Below, piece by piece: positions 40,676 to 54,006 of a DNA stretch of 64,000 nucleotides. The stretch covers positions 2,801,680 through 2,865,679 of the forward strand of contig OZ037767.1 of the NCBI GenBank assembly GCA_964035545.1. Reading direction: 5' to 3'. Both the position numbers and the translations under genes were made by a program. The stretch is from Bugula neritina (taxonomy: Eukaryota; Animalia; Bryozoa). The notes below the pieces were generated by a model. It ran no database searches. It had not been told where the DNA came from and saw only the letters and a list, made by a program, of their open reading frames with translations. Every line of letters begins with the position of its first letter. The first letter of the stretch is position 1.

Positions 40676-40883
40676 TCAAGTGACTTTATAATGGTTGTCC
40701 AAGTAACTGTATTGGGTGCTTCACTCGCACTTGGCTTATTCTAGACATGCCTCTCACCACAGTCCACGGTCCCTTACTGAGACTGAGAGTTTCAGCTACA
40801 GTAAAAGCCTGTAAATAGCTTATTCATTGCAGTGAATACCTGACTGGCTGTTGAAGGCACATGTCATATGCAGCTCGGCCAAT
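40676..40883 (-). promoter_or_regulatory. Candidate NK2.1 proximal promoter (TATA, CCAAT, NK2 sites)
   Basis: TATAAA on the minus strand at 40685-40690, TCAAGTG at 40676-40682, CACTTG at 40728-40733 and GGCCAATCA near 40877-40885. Confidence 0.4.
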
Positions 40884-43800
40884 CAAATTGCTCTTTTCAC
40901 CAAACCTCAAGTAGATATGTAAAATAGCAGAAATATAATTGAATGATGCATATTGTTCATTTAACCTTTCGTTGCTCCACAGTCGCTCAATTAAAAATTA
41001 TATAAAATATTTATACAACCACCTGCATGTGGAAAATACAGCAATAGCAGAATTTAAATGCAACACTTGTATAAAACATGAAAATTTTCTACAATCAAAA
41101 AGGCATAGCATGGCAGTTCTCAAATGCTGAAATGTAACAAATAGATTAAATATGCTGGACAAATATTTACTTTCTAGTTCATAGCTCAATCTTATATTTT
41201 AAATTATTTGATATAAATAAAGGTTAATTTCCAGTGAAGATTATTATAATAGACAGACACTGTGTGACATAAAATAGATAAAATAAATTATTATCATATT
41301 ATAATTATATAAGCTTATATATACAGCATTTCTTATAAATTTTTATAATAAAGCAGGTTAAAATGTTTTAATTAGCTAATCAATGCTGCAATTTTTTTAA
41401 ACCTATGTGTTTTGCTCTTTAAAGCACCTACAAAAAATTGTCATTTTCAACTCAGCTTTTTAGGAAAAATATATATAAGAGTATAAATCTAAAAAGTTTC
41501 TTGATTATGCAATAGTCCAAAGTCTTTAATTCTAAAGTTCAAAGTTCAAACATATTATCAAATAGGATTGAATTATTTTGGAAATGTTAATCATGGCGTT
41601 GGATGCATAATATGGTGACAATTTCATAGCTGGTGCAGTATGCAAACGTATAGTTTATTTCTGACATATACAGAGGTCAAACAGTGGAAACCTAATAATC
41701 ATAACTATTATTTATGTCTTCGTTATGGACAATGATAAATAATTGCGAAGCTTTATGATAATTATAAACACAAAATTGCTACAGGACCAATGGAAGTTAA
41801 TTAATCATACCCTTTGGAAAAGGCAGTATGTACAGATTTTGCAAGATAGGCCCCCCTACGCCGATTATTAAACAGGATATTTCAGTTTTGGACGTGCTGA
41901 TTTTGAATATTTGAAAATTATGTGTGAATTACCACTTTTGCATTGTTATTAAATGTAGTCATCTTTAATTTTATTTGTCTGCTGTGGGAAGTCGAAAAAT
42001 GTACCAAATATATTTCACTTCTTTCTCATAAATATAACAATTTTATCTTATTGAAACCTCTTGAAAATTAAATTAACACATTCCATGCATAAAATACTGT
42101 TTATAAAAGTTTCATGCAATGGTAATATACTGAATGATAATATGTAAACAAAGAAGAGCATTCTCATTGGACAATGCTGCTGCCACTTATTACTAATAAT
42201 AATCTAATAGGAAAATTTGTTTCGATAATTAATCTAGACAAAAAGAAAACATAATATTTTAGTATTGGAGTTATACAAAGTATATTAATATCAATTATAC
42301 TCTACCATAAAACAAGGCAACTGGTATACAAATAGTGTGTTTTATTGATAAATATTTGGATATGCTAAGGTTTGCAGTATTTGCGAGTTTGGTTTGCGAG
42401 TGAGCAACCTAATGTTTATACAAGTATGCAATAAAATGTCACTAGAAATAGGCTTTCCAGCTTAGATTCAATATTATGATTGGGATTGAGGTGTCATATA
42501 TAATGCATATAAAATAGCTATATATAACTACATGTACACTGAGTTAGGGTATTACATTAGGAGAAACCTGTCAATCAGGATTATAGACTACTGATCGGTC
42601 ATGGGGATGTGTGCAGGTCCTCTTCGTACTTGCTCTGACACTTTGGAAATCCTCAGCTAATCATACTGACTAAACTACACGCCTCATTTAAACTGTGTGC
42701 GGCAGATTTTCTCACCATCAACAATAACTTCTTTGAATTAAGCTGATTAATATAAATATATTTCTTATTGCCAGCTCACTTGCACCCAACATGGATAAAG
42801 AAACAAGCTACAGCAAAGAATGCAAACTATTACAGAGGAAAGAATTCTCGTTGGGAATTTCTACTCACCTGCCAGGGCTTTGAGGACAAGAGCAACTTAA
42901 ACTTGAAAAAAATTAAATGATTTTAGAAAATTTACAACAACATTTTAATGTTATTTAGGTTAATAGACTTGACATTTATGGCTTGACTTCTTTGAGTTTT
43001 CAAAGCCATGTATATGTTTTCTGGCTAACTTCTAGTATTTTCTGAACTTAGGATAGATGCAATGATAAATTGAACTTATTGCTGTTTTAAAAACTTTTAT
43101 AATTTGAAACTTGACCAAAATAAACTGAAAACTGTTGGATATTAAAAATAACAGAATAAAATCTTATTTGTTGGCAAATCATTAATTAAAGCAAATACGG
43201 CAGCTCTTAGAACTCTACATAGAGAGGGCAACTCTGAATACTTGTAGTTGTTTTCTCATTGTATTCCATAAAAATTTGTCAAAAACCTAAACACACAAAA
43301 TTCAAGCAAAAAATATAAATGATATACATGTTTGTTTATTCAACATGACAAAATTAGTTTCTAGAAACTGTTGGCAGGTGGCATAACGTAATGAGGATAC
43401 ATTACATGTATTACTAAATACACAAGCTATGTTAATTAAAATCACACCAAGATATAGTGATTGTTCTATTTCCTAGTGAAAGTAAAAGGAAAACAGCTGT
43501 CAAATGGTAATAAAAGTGCTCCAACAGCTTTACTTATTTCAAGTCGTCAATGAATAGGTTTGATATTTTCTAGTTACAGATTGTCACCTGGAGAAAGATA
43601 GAGACTCATTGTGATTCCTGGAAAGAAGCAGCTGTGCCTTAAGCTTGTGTAAATTTTAGGTTGCAAAATCGAAACTCTTACTTGGTTCTACTTGATTTAT
43701 TATTATAAAAAGTAGGCTTGAAATTTATTTCAAAACTAGCAACAGAAAAAAAGTATGAGCTAGCAACATGTTATGTTATGTTGGTCATAATATTTTTTTA

Positions 43801-44289
43801 AACAAACTATATCTAATATATTATACAAACATTATTAAAAAATGTTATGTTAGCATGACTACATGTTATACTCATATAATATTTTATTTTTTGTTCTGTT
43901 GTACTGCTTGAAATCTATAATAATCAGTTTCATGTTCGAAACAGGCTGGCATATTTCATTAGAAACATAGAGTTTGGATTGAAAATATAGTGTCAGATCG
44001 ATGCAATTTCAGTGTTGAGTGTTGACAAATATCATAGTATTTTAGAAAAGCTGAATATAAGAATAATTTAGCTGATGTATTGCATAATCCAATGAGGAGG
44101 TGTGACGAATAGAAGTTTCTTGAAGCTAACTCAATTTCCAAAGCCCTGTAATTAGCACATATGACTGTAAGAGGGTTCAATTACTCGGTTACTTTTCTCT
44201 CATTTTATAAACTTCAGAAATAAATATTAGTTGGTGAAAAATACTAAATTATTGGTTTTAAAAATATTATTATTTATTTAATTCTACAG

Positions 44290-46029
44290 ATATAGAAGCT
44301 TGTGAGGAATGCTTTAGGTAAGGCGCGAAGGTGTCATTTCAGAGTTGTCTGCTTCTGCTAGAATCCCTGCAGTAGTGTTAGCAGATAAACCTTGGTGCTC
44401 CCTGGGTCAAATGTTTGAAATGGTTTTCCTATATACTGTAAAATCCAAAGAACACCAAATTTTTAACATTTTTACAGAAACATAAATTAAGACTAAACAA
44501 AGATAAAGTTCTTCTTCACACACAAAAATGATGTTACTACTTCAAACTCAACCAAGAAATAATTCTGTTAACTTTTCATACAAAAATCTGCTTATTAATG
44601 ATAAAATGCAGTTTCAGGTCTGATCGAGTTAGGATAAGAAATGCTTTTAGTGACTTGTCTAATTTTTAGAATAGTTATAAATATTGATGATACTGGCTTG
44701 ATAGGAGCTATGGATTACCTATAGTACTCTAAGTTAGCATAGTACATAGTACTTTACAATTTAATACCATATTTTATCATCATAGTACTTTACAATTTAA
44801 TACCATATTATATCATCCTAGCACTCTATAAGTTAATATCATATTATATCGTCATAGCACTCTATGAGTTGATATCATTTCATTATACTTACTAAACCAG
44901 ACTTTTACAAAGCAACTTATTAATGTCAAAACAAAGCTGAAATTCCTCTGTAATACCATATTATAACTTTTTCTACAGTCTAAAATACATCTTAGAGCTG
45001 TAAACTAAAATAAAATAGCATTCGCCTGAAAAATTATTGCTACAGCCTTGATAAAGCAGTATGCCGTATAGAAATTCATACTTCTACCCAATATAGACCA
45101 CCCAGTAGCCCTCTCAACACACTGCTAAGTGAGTTGAGATGACTAAACTATAAATCCTGCTTCAAACATCTTTTTTTCATCAAATTATTACTTATTATTT
45201 TTAGTTCACAAGTCTTTTTCCATATTTAGAGAGAAAAAAAGCATTGGTTGCAAATATTTTATTTGTTGTTATGTATAATGTTACTTGTTTGTTTTGTACT
45301 TTTTTTACGATCATAAAACACATTTTCATATAGTTCCAATTATTGACCCATCAGGCAAACTGATTGGTGCTTCATATATTTTATGTGCATATATGCACTG
45401 CATTCCATGTTTTTTATATATAAATGCATATAAAATAGTATGTGCATATGTTCATATAGCACATATAATACGTATTATAATATTATGATGTTTATATGCC
45501 AACATGTCACAGTCCATATATCTGCTTATTACATTTATATGCATATAGCATATGTGCTTATAAGGTTTATACACGCTTGTCTAGCTTTACCTTTACCATT
45601 AGACCTCCTATTTTATTCATAGTAATATTTTAGTTTGATTTATACAATTATTATTGCAACTTCATCTCTGAAATGGTCTGAATTTTTTTTATCAATTTTT
45701 TCACAAAAAATTGATAGTATTTAATTTTCTTCCATTTAACTTTTATAGATAATCTTTTAAGATTTTATAAAATATTAAAAAGATTTCCTTAAAAGCAATA
45801 AAAAGAACAACAAAGCCACATGTCACAAAGCAATGTTTTCAACATATTAATATGTAAATATTATATTAGGTTTAGTAGAAATGAAAATAGTCTTCTTTGG
45901 TTGGCTTGAAAATATAAATATTTTTCTGCGGTTTATTAGCAGTGCAAGAAATGTGTACAGAGAACGTATCTTCTAAAGAAAGGAAAGTGTATGACTCGTG
46001 AGATACACATGGTCAGCTGCAGAAGATAG
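44290..46029 (+). CDS. Tentative partial gene: micro-exon chain encoding a furin-like/R-spondin-like Cys repeat
   Basis: AG/GT-bounded pieces 44290-44317, 45046-45058 and 45940-46029 join in frame as IEACEECFSLDKAQCKKCVQRTYLLKKGKCMTREIHMVSCRR*. No 5' exon was identified. Confidence 0.35.
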
Positions 46030-46681
46030 AATTGAACAGAATCGGTAATGAGAGTGTGAGATTATATAAGAAGAGCATTTGAAATAAGTGACACATGAAT
46101 GGGTGACATCTAAATACGCCGGAATCTAAAAACAATAAAATTTGCACAAAATACACCAACACAGTGATGCACACAACTAGTAAGTAGCACTTATAGATTG
46201 AAGGCAAGTGTAGGGCCTTTTAAACGAAAATATTTCGACAGATACAATAGTATAAATTCATTAGTCACATGGTATTAAGAAGGTTTTAGGATGATCTATT
46301 ATAGCAAAAGTGCAAGTATCACCTATGAATCAATGGTGGGACTGAAGATAACAGAAATAACTATTAAAATGACAATATTTAAGTTTAATCAAGCAAGCAA
46401 GAAATCACTGTTTAAATATTTTGCATTCAGGTGTCAGAAATTAAGTTATACATACAGAAATATATTGTGATAGAAACATTGTGAGGAATGTGGATATTTT
46501 TAATAATGAACCGAAATGTTTAATTTGGAAGTGAAATTGAAATTATTTTCAAAATTTAGTATAACCCCAGTTTTCAGGTTGAACGTGTGTTGCTGTGACT
46601 GCACCTACAGTAAAACATGCAGCACAACTAGCTCTATGCATTGTTTGTTCCCTTTTTAAATTAAACTTTTAGTCAGAAATG

Positions 46682-46751
46682 TCATCAGGGGAGAGCAACT
46701 TCCATCTTGTAAGTTTCTCAGTATGATCCGGCTAATATGGATAACCAGGAG
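46682..46751 (-). pseudogene. Orphan degenerate copy of part of the penultimate MTR exon
   Basis: 63/70 identity by hand alignment to 57479-57548, same orientation. It reads [21 protein letters not shown] with an in-frame stop. Confidence 0.88.
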
Positions 46752-47327
46752 ATACAACCCAATACTTTACAATGAAGCATATTATATAGACTGATCAGTG
46801 TTAAATTGAATTACTGAAGCATAATTAATAAAGATTCTTTTCAAATCTAAAAGGGTTTGACAGAATTTGCACAAGAACAAATTTATACTCACTGTCTTGC
46901 TATGCAAAATATGTCAGGCTGTTATGCCATGTACATTCTATAATATGTAGAGTTAGCCCTTCAATTTGAAATTCTCTGAAAAGATTATTATATTACACAA
47001 ATTTTAGTGTGGTAAAATCATTCAATTTGCTTTTCAGTCTCAATATTTCCATTTAGTCTCTAAGAACGCTATTTATTTTGGAGTTGTGCACTCAAGCACC
47101 AACATCAAGTTGTGCTCCCATGAATGCCCATTGGCTAACACACTAATAAGTATGTGATATACTTTTCTCCTTGGTTTCAATCTCCATTTCTGCTGCTCCT
47201 AGTTACAAATCACTTGATACTTTAATTCTTCTGATAACAGTGAATGGTGCAACGACTTTCTTTCCAAATGCACTTTTGGACCTTAAAGGTATTTATCAAC
47301 TGGTGCACTTACCAAGCAGTAGTTGAG

Positions 47328-47395
47328 ATGACCTATATAGCATGATGACCTATATAGCATTATGACCTATATAGCATGATGACCTATATAGCATC
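47328..47395. repeat. 17-bp tandem repeat, 4 copies
   Basis: Unit gatgacctatatagcat. Confidence 0.85.
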
Positions 47396-48625
47396 ACTTT
47401 TATACAAATCCTGATAAATTGAGGTGCATATCAACTCTCAACATTATTTCTAAAATATAAAAGAGTGTGTGTGTTGTGTGCGTGCGTGCGTGTGTGCGTG
47501 GGTGAGAGTGTGTAAGTATATTCTGATGCAAATGTTTGAAAACTAGTTAAAAAGTGTTTCAAGTTTTACTCCGCAAGCCCAGTTTACTACATTTACTATA
47601 TTTACAACTCATAACAAAATTTGTTAATGAACTAATAATGAATGATGATAGGTGGTGAGTCTGTAGTATAGAAAAGTATGTCTATGTGATAAACCAATAC
47701 ACTGAGTTTACTCTTAGCTAAGTTCTCCTGTACTGACTAAAGCTATGAATACATCAAATCAAAATAATTTTAAAATGAAGTTATCATTGCTCCATTCTAC
47801 TATGGTAGAGTTACAGTTAAATGGTTATATATTATATTGCAAAATACCATGAAAATTCTAAAACTAGTCAATCACAATAAGAAGACATGCAAGTTCTGCA
47901 TACAATAAATTGTGCATCTAGTCATTTCTACAAAATAGAGCTTCAATCAGTTTTTTGTAGGTAGGCACACATTTTTAACTTATTAGAAATTATATTTTCC
48001 ACTTCAATGAAATTTAACTAAACTATGTCAATGCAGTGACTCAAAAAATTAAACATTTATTCATTGTTTGTAAACTTACAACAAGCAAACTAGCAGCACA
48101 TTCAGCACTTTAATCATTTACAGTCTTGTAACAAGTTTAGACAATAAAAGCTGTTTTGAACATTATATTTATGTGAAGAGTTTTGAACATTTTACCAGAG
48201 ATATTTTCATGCTGAATAAATTAGTAAAAGATAACTAGATATAATGAAACATCTGTCTTGAATAAATCAAATTGTTAATAAAAATAATAGATAGCGCAAA
48301 GAATATAAAGCTTATGTAACATGCCAGCCTCTAATTGTTATACAGTGCATTGGCACTTATAATCACTTGGTTTATTACTTATATAAATCTATAATTCAAT
48401 ATTGTGGAAGCAGTATGTGGTGGGAATAACCACATTAAAGGTTTAAAAAGCAGTACATATTTATTGCAATACTTTAATTCAAAATCAATACTTTTGGAAA
48501 CAACCTTGTTAATCTGTAATTAATTTTGAGTTTAGATATGCAGATGTATTATATATTGATGGCCAAAGGTGTTATAAAATACAAACGGATCACCAATAAT
48601 TTTTTTATAATCCAGAAGAAAAACA

Positions 48626-48710
48626 TATATAAATAGAGGTGACTTATAATTATATTATCCAATGGGTGTAAACACGTTACTACATACAAGCACTGTTTAA
48701 TATAAGCCAG
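48626..48710 (+). promoter_or_regulatory. TATA box and non-coding first exon of the small peptide gene
   Basis: TATATAAATA at 48626-48635 and a strong donor CAG|gtaaga at 48710. The matching acceptor is ttgtag| at 49180. Confidence 0.55.
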
Positions 48711-48787
48711 GTAAGAAACTATGAATTTATTTCTTTGTCTTGACAGACTATATTAGTTTGAATCAATAAAGCTGTGTCAGACTTTAG

Positions 48788-49113
<326 letters not shown>

Positions 49114-49194
49114 TAGTTCACAGACAATAAATGATGAATTTATTTATGTATATGTCTACTATTTCGCCCAATGCTTGTAGACCATAGAGTTAAT

Positions 49195-49941
49195 ATGAAG
49201 TTTCCTGCTTTGTTAGCAACTGCCATTATTTTCCTACTTTCACTTGGTAAGCAAAACATTAGTATATATCATATCAGTAATAAAACTTACTATATTACTA
49301 GTTCTGTTTTCAATAATCGTTTTAATGAAGTTAATAAAAATATAAGCATCGAACCTGTATCTGTATGAAACAAACTTTTAAGCATAACCAATAAAGTTAC
49401 TAGCATTTATTGTAATGATCCTTTGTAACAAAAATAAGGATTATAAGTTTGCAAAAACAAACTACAACAAAAAAGTGTTAAATATTTTCAACAGCTTCGA
49501 TGACAGAGGGATTCCGGTTTACTTCGTCCGGAAAAACATGCAGGAAACATTGTGAGAGGACTCACCACTCAAAGTACAGCTTGTTTCTCGGAGTTTGTAA
49601 ATGCTTTCACACGACAGAAGATCTTTATGGCAGTAATTAAATTTTGCACATCATGACATTTCTATACTGATCTGTAATATCTCCCAATGCATCATCTAGT
49701 TTTTAGACAATAAAACATTTGATGTACCTAATTAAAAACTCAAGTGCGTTTTTTATCAAGAAACAGTTTTAATCAGGTTCACAATATAAGTATAAATTAC
49801 AACATGTTTTTGAAAGAAGTTATAATCTTTCGTGATTTAGATGTCATTGATGAGCTACACAAACACACATATAAACATATACAGAGCTTTTTGGGTCCAG
49901 ATGGTAAAACTGTTAATGGCGTAAGCTGGTTCTCTGACTAA
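49195..49941 (+). CDS. Small secreted cationic Cys peptide precursor (CS-alpha-beta/defensin-like CxxxC...CxC)
   Basis: Exon 49195-49246 (MKFPALLATAIIFLLSL, phase-1 gtaagc donor) joins exon 49495 (caacag|) in frame: ASMTEG-FRFTSSGKTCRKHCERTHHSKYSLFLGVCKCFHTTEDLYG. It then either stops at 49640 (SN*) or splices 49632 to 49841, adding NVIDELHKHTYKHIQSFLGPDGKTVNGVSWFSD* (stop 49941). AATAAA near 49709 and at 50072. Confidence 0.75.
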
Positions 49942-50218
49942 GAAGGTATTCAGAGACAGGCTATGCATACTCCAGTTTCTTATTTCAATTTAGTTTGAGA
50001 ATTGGTCATACGTGGTAATTACCTCCCCCTTGCTACACAAAATATTTGAAAGCTCAACTGCCATAGGAAACAATAAATTTTCTGAAAACTCTGTCAACAT
50101 ATTGAATCAGAAGTAGAGAATATTAAACAAACAATTCCCAAACATATTCACACTTTGCCATCATTTTTAAGCTTAACTGCACAGTCTGCTGATTCAAGAC
50201 AAATCTAGACTTTGAATG

Positions 50219-50942
<724 letters not shown>

Positions 50943-51217
50943 ACATGTTAAGTGTGACTAACTCATACTCGTCACCTCAGCGCTCTCTGCTTTAAAAAGA
51001 GCTGCCAAGTGATGAAACTCTTGAACTCCATGACAGAACAGCCTGAATACTTGAAGGTTTTGTGTTAATCACGTGACTCAGTCAATTGTTAGAAGCTAGA
51101 CACTAGAGTTCATGTCAAAGTTTTACAGAACATTGGCTCAAATTTAGAATGCTAAATTAAAAAACTTTTGGATCAAAACGTCATTATATTGATGCTTAAA
51201 AAGAATTACATAAAATT

Positions 51218-54006
51218 TTAAACTCCAGACTGGTGACCAAAATTCAAAGTAAAATAAATAACAATTGCTTGAAAAATTAAATAAATATAGCTGGACTGAG
51301 TGAAGATATGATTGGCTGAAGCTCGGTTTCTAGGTAATTCGGTGTTCTTAGAAACTCTTACTGTAACTACCTGTAAATGTAATCAAAAGAATACCATTAG
51401 TCTTAAGTCTAACTGAGCATATTTTTTTCAGATAAAATTGCAAAAAACCCAATAAAAGTAAAAACTAACTCTTTTAGGTAACTTCTACAATTTTGGTATT
51501 TCTAAGAGTGTGCTACTTCATGCAATGAATTAATGCTAAATCTTATTCAGCATGTCGTTAGACTATCTTGTCAAGCACAAAACTCTTAACACACTTCATA
51601 AAAGAAGGCTAGGATATAAAATGTTGTACTCTTTAGTGCAAAGCTAACAGGTGGCACGAATTTCTGTTACAAAATGAAGATATATATTTTGACATAGAAT
51701 TAAATAATTAGCAAACTGTATAATTGTAATATAAAGCATTACTATAAAACTGAATTGACAAGTCAATAAAGATGCTTGTTTAAAGTTTAGACTAAGTGCT
51801 TACTGAAATTGTAGAGGCTCTGGTAGTAGTAGAAGTAGTTGTAGTAGTTGTAGTAGTAGTAGTAGGTATTATTTTTGCTAAAACATAATTTCATTTTAAT
51901 GTTATTCAAAAATATGACCAATGTTTAATTATATTTGAATATAATTCTAAGTGAAAAGGTAGGTGCAAAATATTACAGCTCTTGGTATGAATAAAAGCAA
52001 TTATAAATTATGTTATTTCAAATATTTTCAATTGTTAAAATAAAACCAATTAGTTGACTACAGTCACCACTATTTATGCTGCAACAGAATCAGTATTGGT
52101 ATTTACTCTTTCCTTTATCAATCTTGACACTTTGAGTGAAATATGTTGATATTTCACATATTTCATGTGAAATATTTCATGTTTCACAAATATGTAAAGT
52201 ATGTTGCAAACAGCTAATGGGTGTTAAAACTGAGTACTTTATGAGATTTCAGTCTTTAATTTAAATATGACGAGCTCGCACCGACATTTTATTCCGTCAC
52301 CTAAATTTGCAAGCCTAAAATTCAGGTTTGAAAATGTCGAATTTTATTTTTAGGAGAATATTTGTTAAAACTCTGAATCAACCCGGTTGGTTCCATGCAA
52401 AAACCACAAACTTTTACAACTATCTACACTAAAAGAATGTATTCTTTGATTTAGCTTTCTTTCAAGTAAATATTATTTACAATATTCAAACCTTTCAACA
52501 ATTGACTAATTTGCCTTCTTATTCTAATTGCAACTATTATTGTTAGTGATAACTTTAAACACCTATATTTTCTCACCACCTAACAGCAATATTTTAAAAG
52601 TGGATCATACTTATTTTTTACTTGAGCCTTTTCTTAAAAGTTTTAGTAGAGCTTCAAATAAATTTTAAAAAAGCCAAACTCATACGTTTGTACATTTATC
52701 AAGGCAGAGATTCAAGAAACTGATGGCCTTACTTGAATATTTTAGTTCGTAGAGGACCTTCGTAGTCACAATGAAAACTGAAGAGACTCCTTTTTTTGTA
52801 AAGAAGTTTTTGATATCATATACTTTACAAGTATCAATTTCTTCTGACACTAGCGTGGTATCTTCAGTGGAATGTGGGACGCACACAGAAGATACCCGGG
52901 AGTTAATCAAGTCCACCAGTCTAAGAACATTGTTTCCATGGTCAGCTATGAGTATGAGATTGTCATTTAAAAATATTAGATGCCGGGGGTGATTTACCGC
53001 GACTACAGAAAAGTCCCCATCATTATGTCCAGACGTAAAAGATAATACAGCCTCAGGCGCATGCGCCCACCCTGCTTTAATTCTATAGATCCCGGAGTTT
53101 GTTGTCACGTAAAGATACGACTTAGAAGTATCACGGGCAATACCATTTACATCCTGGTCCCACTTTAGCAGCGTTGTCAAAACCCAATGATTATTAACCA
53201 AATGAATAAGTCTCACAGCACGATTTCCATTGTCGTAGAACACTACCTCTGTTTTACTGTATTTAATCAAGCCAACAGGGTTGCGCATGTTACCAAATGT
53301 GACCCAGCCATTTCGAAAGCCGCAAAAGTCACAGTAACCAGCCACCCAATCCAGATACTTCGTTTGTAGGTTGAGTTTGATAATGCAGCAGTTGGTGTAA
53401 TCAGAAAACCAGATTTCGTGATATCTGTTTGGGGATTGTATCATACCGGTGACCAGTCCAAAGTCCGCGTGACCCCCTTTGCCGGGTCTGCCTTTACCTA
53501 CTCCTATTGCCGCACCAGCTCGTTGCTGAAAGTTAGTGAAATCAAAAGTTGTGTAGATGGCGTAGCCAAGTGTGGCCACGTATTTCTCAGGAGTTCTGAC
53601 ATCTGGGATCATCCATCGAGCTGGGACTCGGTAACCATTGTATTCTATTGTCTTGTTTATTGCAAATATCTGCTTTACACTGTCAAACTCGTACCTAAAA
53701 CAGTAGGAATGTAAAACGTTTGTCTCCTAAATGTTGTGTGCCAAATGCTTAGTTTGAACTTTTGGAAAGATCTTCCTGTAAGACAGCTTACTAAAGAGTG
53801 GGTACTTTTTCTGTTTACTGTCAAAACTAAAGTATTGGCCGGATACTGTGATATAAAGCAATTATTTTGTATATGTAGGTATAGCATATACGCCCTACGC
53901 AGGTGTATCACTTTAAGCTGCTAGAATAAAGAGAAACCATGTTTATAAACGTACCTTAAACCACTTTCAATTGCTTTATTATGAATAACATATCCATAAG
54001 TTGCAC
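51218..54006 (-). CDS. NHL-repeat (beta-propeller) cell-surface protein with Thr-rich stalk and C-terminal hydrophobic anchor; 5' end unresolved
   Basis: Exons 54006-53955, 53694-52733, 51877-51804 and 51370-51218 join in frame. NHL-like blades: WFSDYTNCCIIKL, NPVGL..FYDNGNRAVRLI, HPRHLIFLNDNLILIADHGNNVLRLVDL. Stalk is a poly-Thr run ending STTTRAS. Tail is YIYLIFQAIVIYFTLNFGHQSGV*. Confidence 0.75.

Noticed and set aside
46013-46207. Hydrophobic minus-strand ORF
   Set aside because: Non-ATG start, no recognisable motif, and hydrophobicity is expected from T-rich sequence.
48422-48431. GGGAATAACC as an NF-kB site upstream of the peptide gene
   Set aside because: It deviates from GGGRNWYYCC at two positions, so it is too weak alone.
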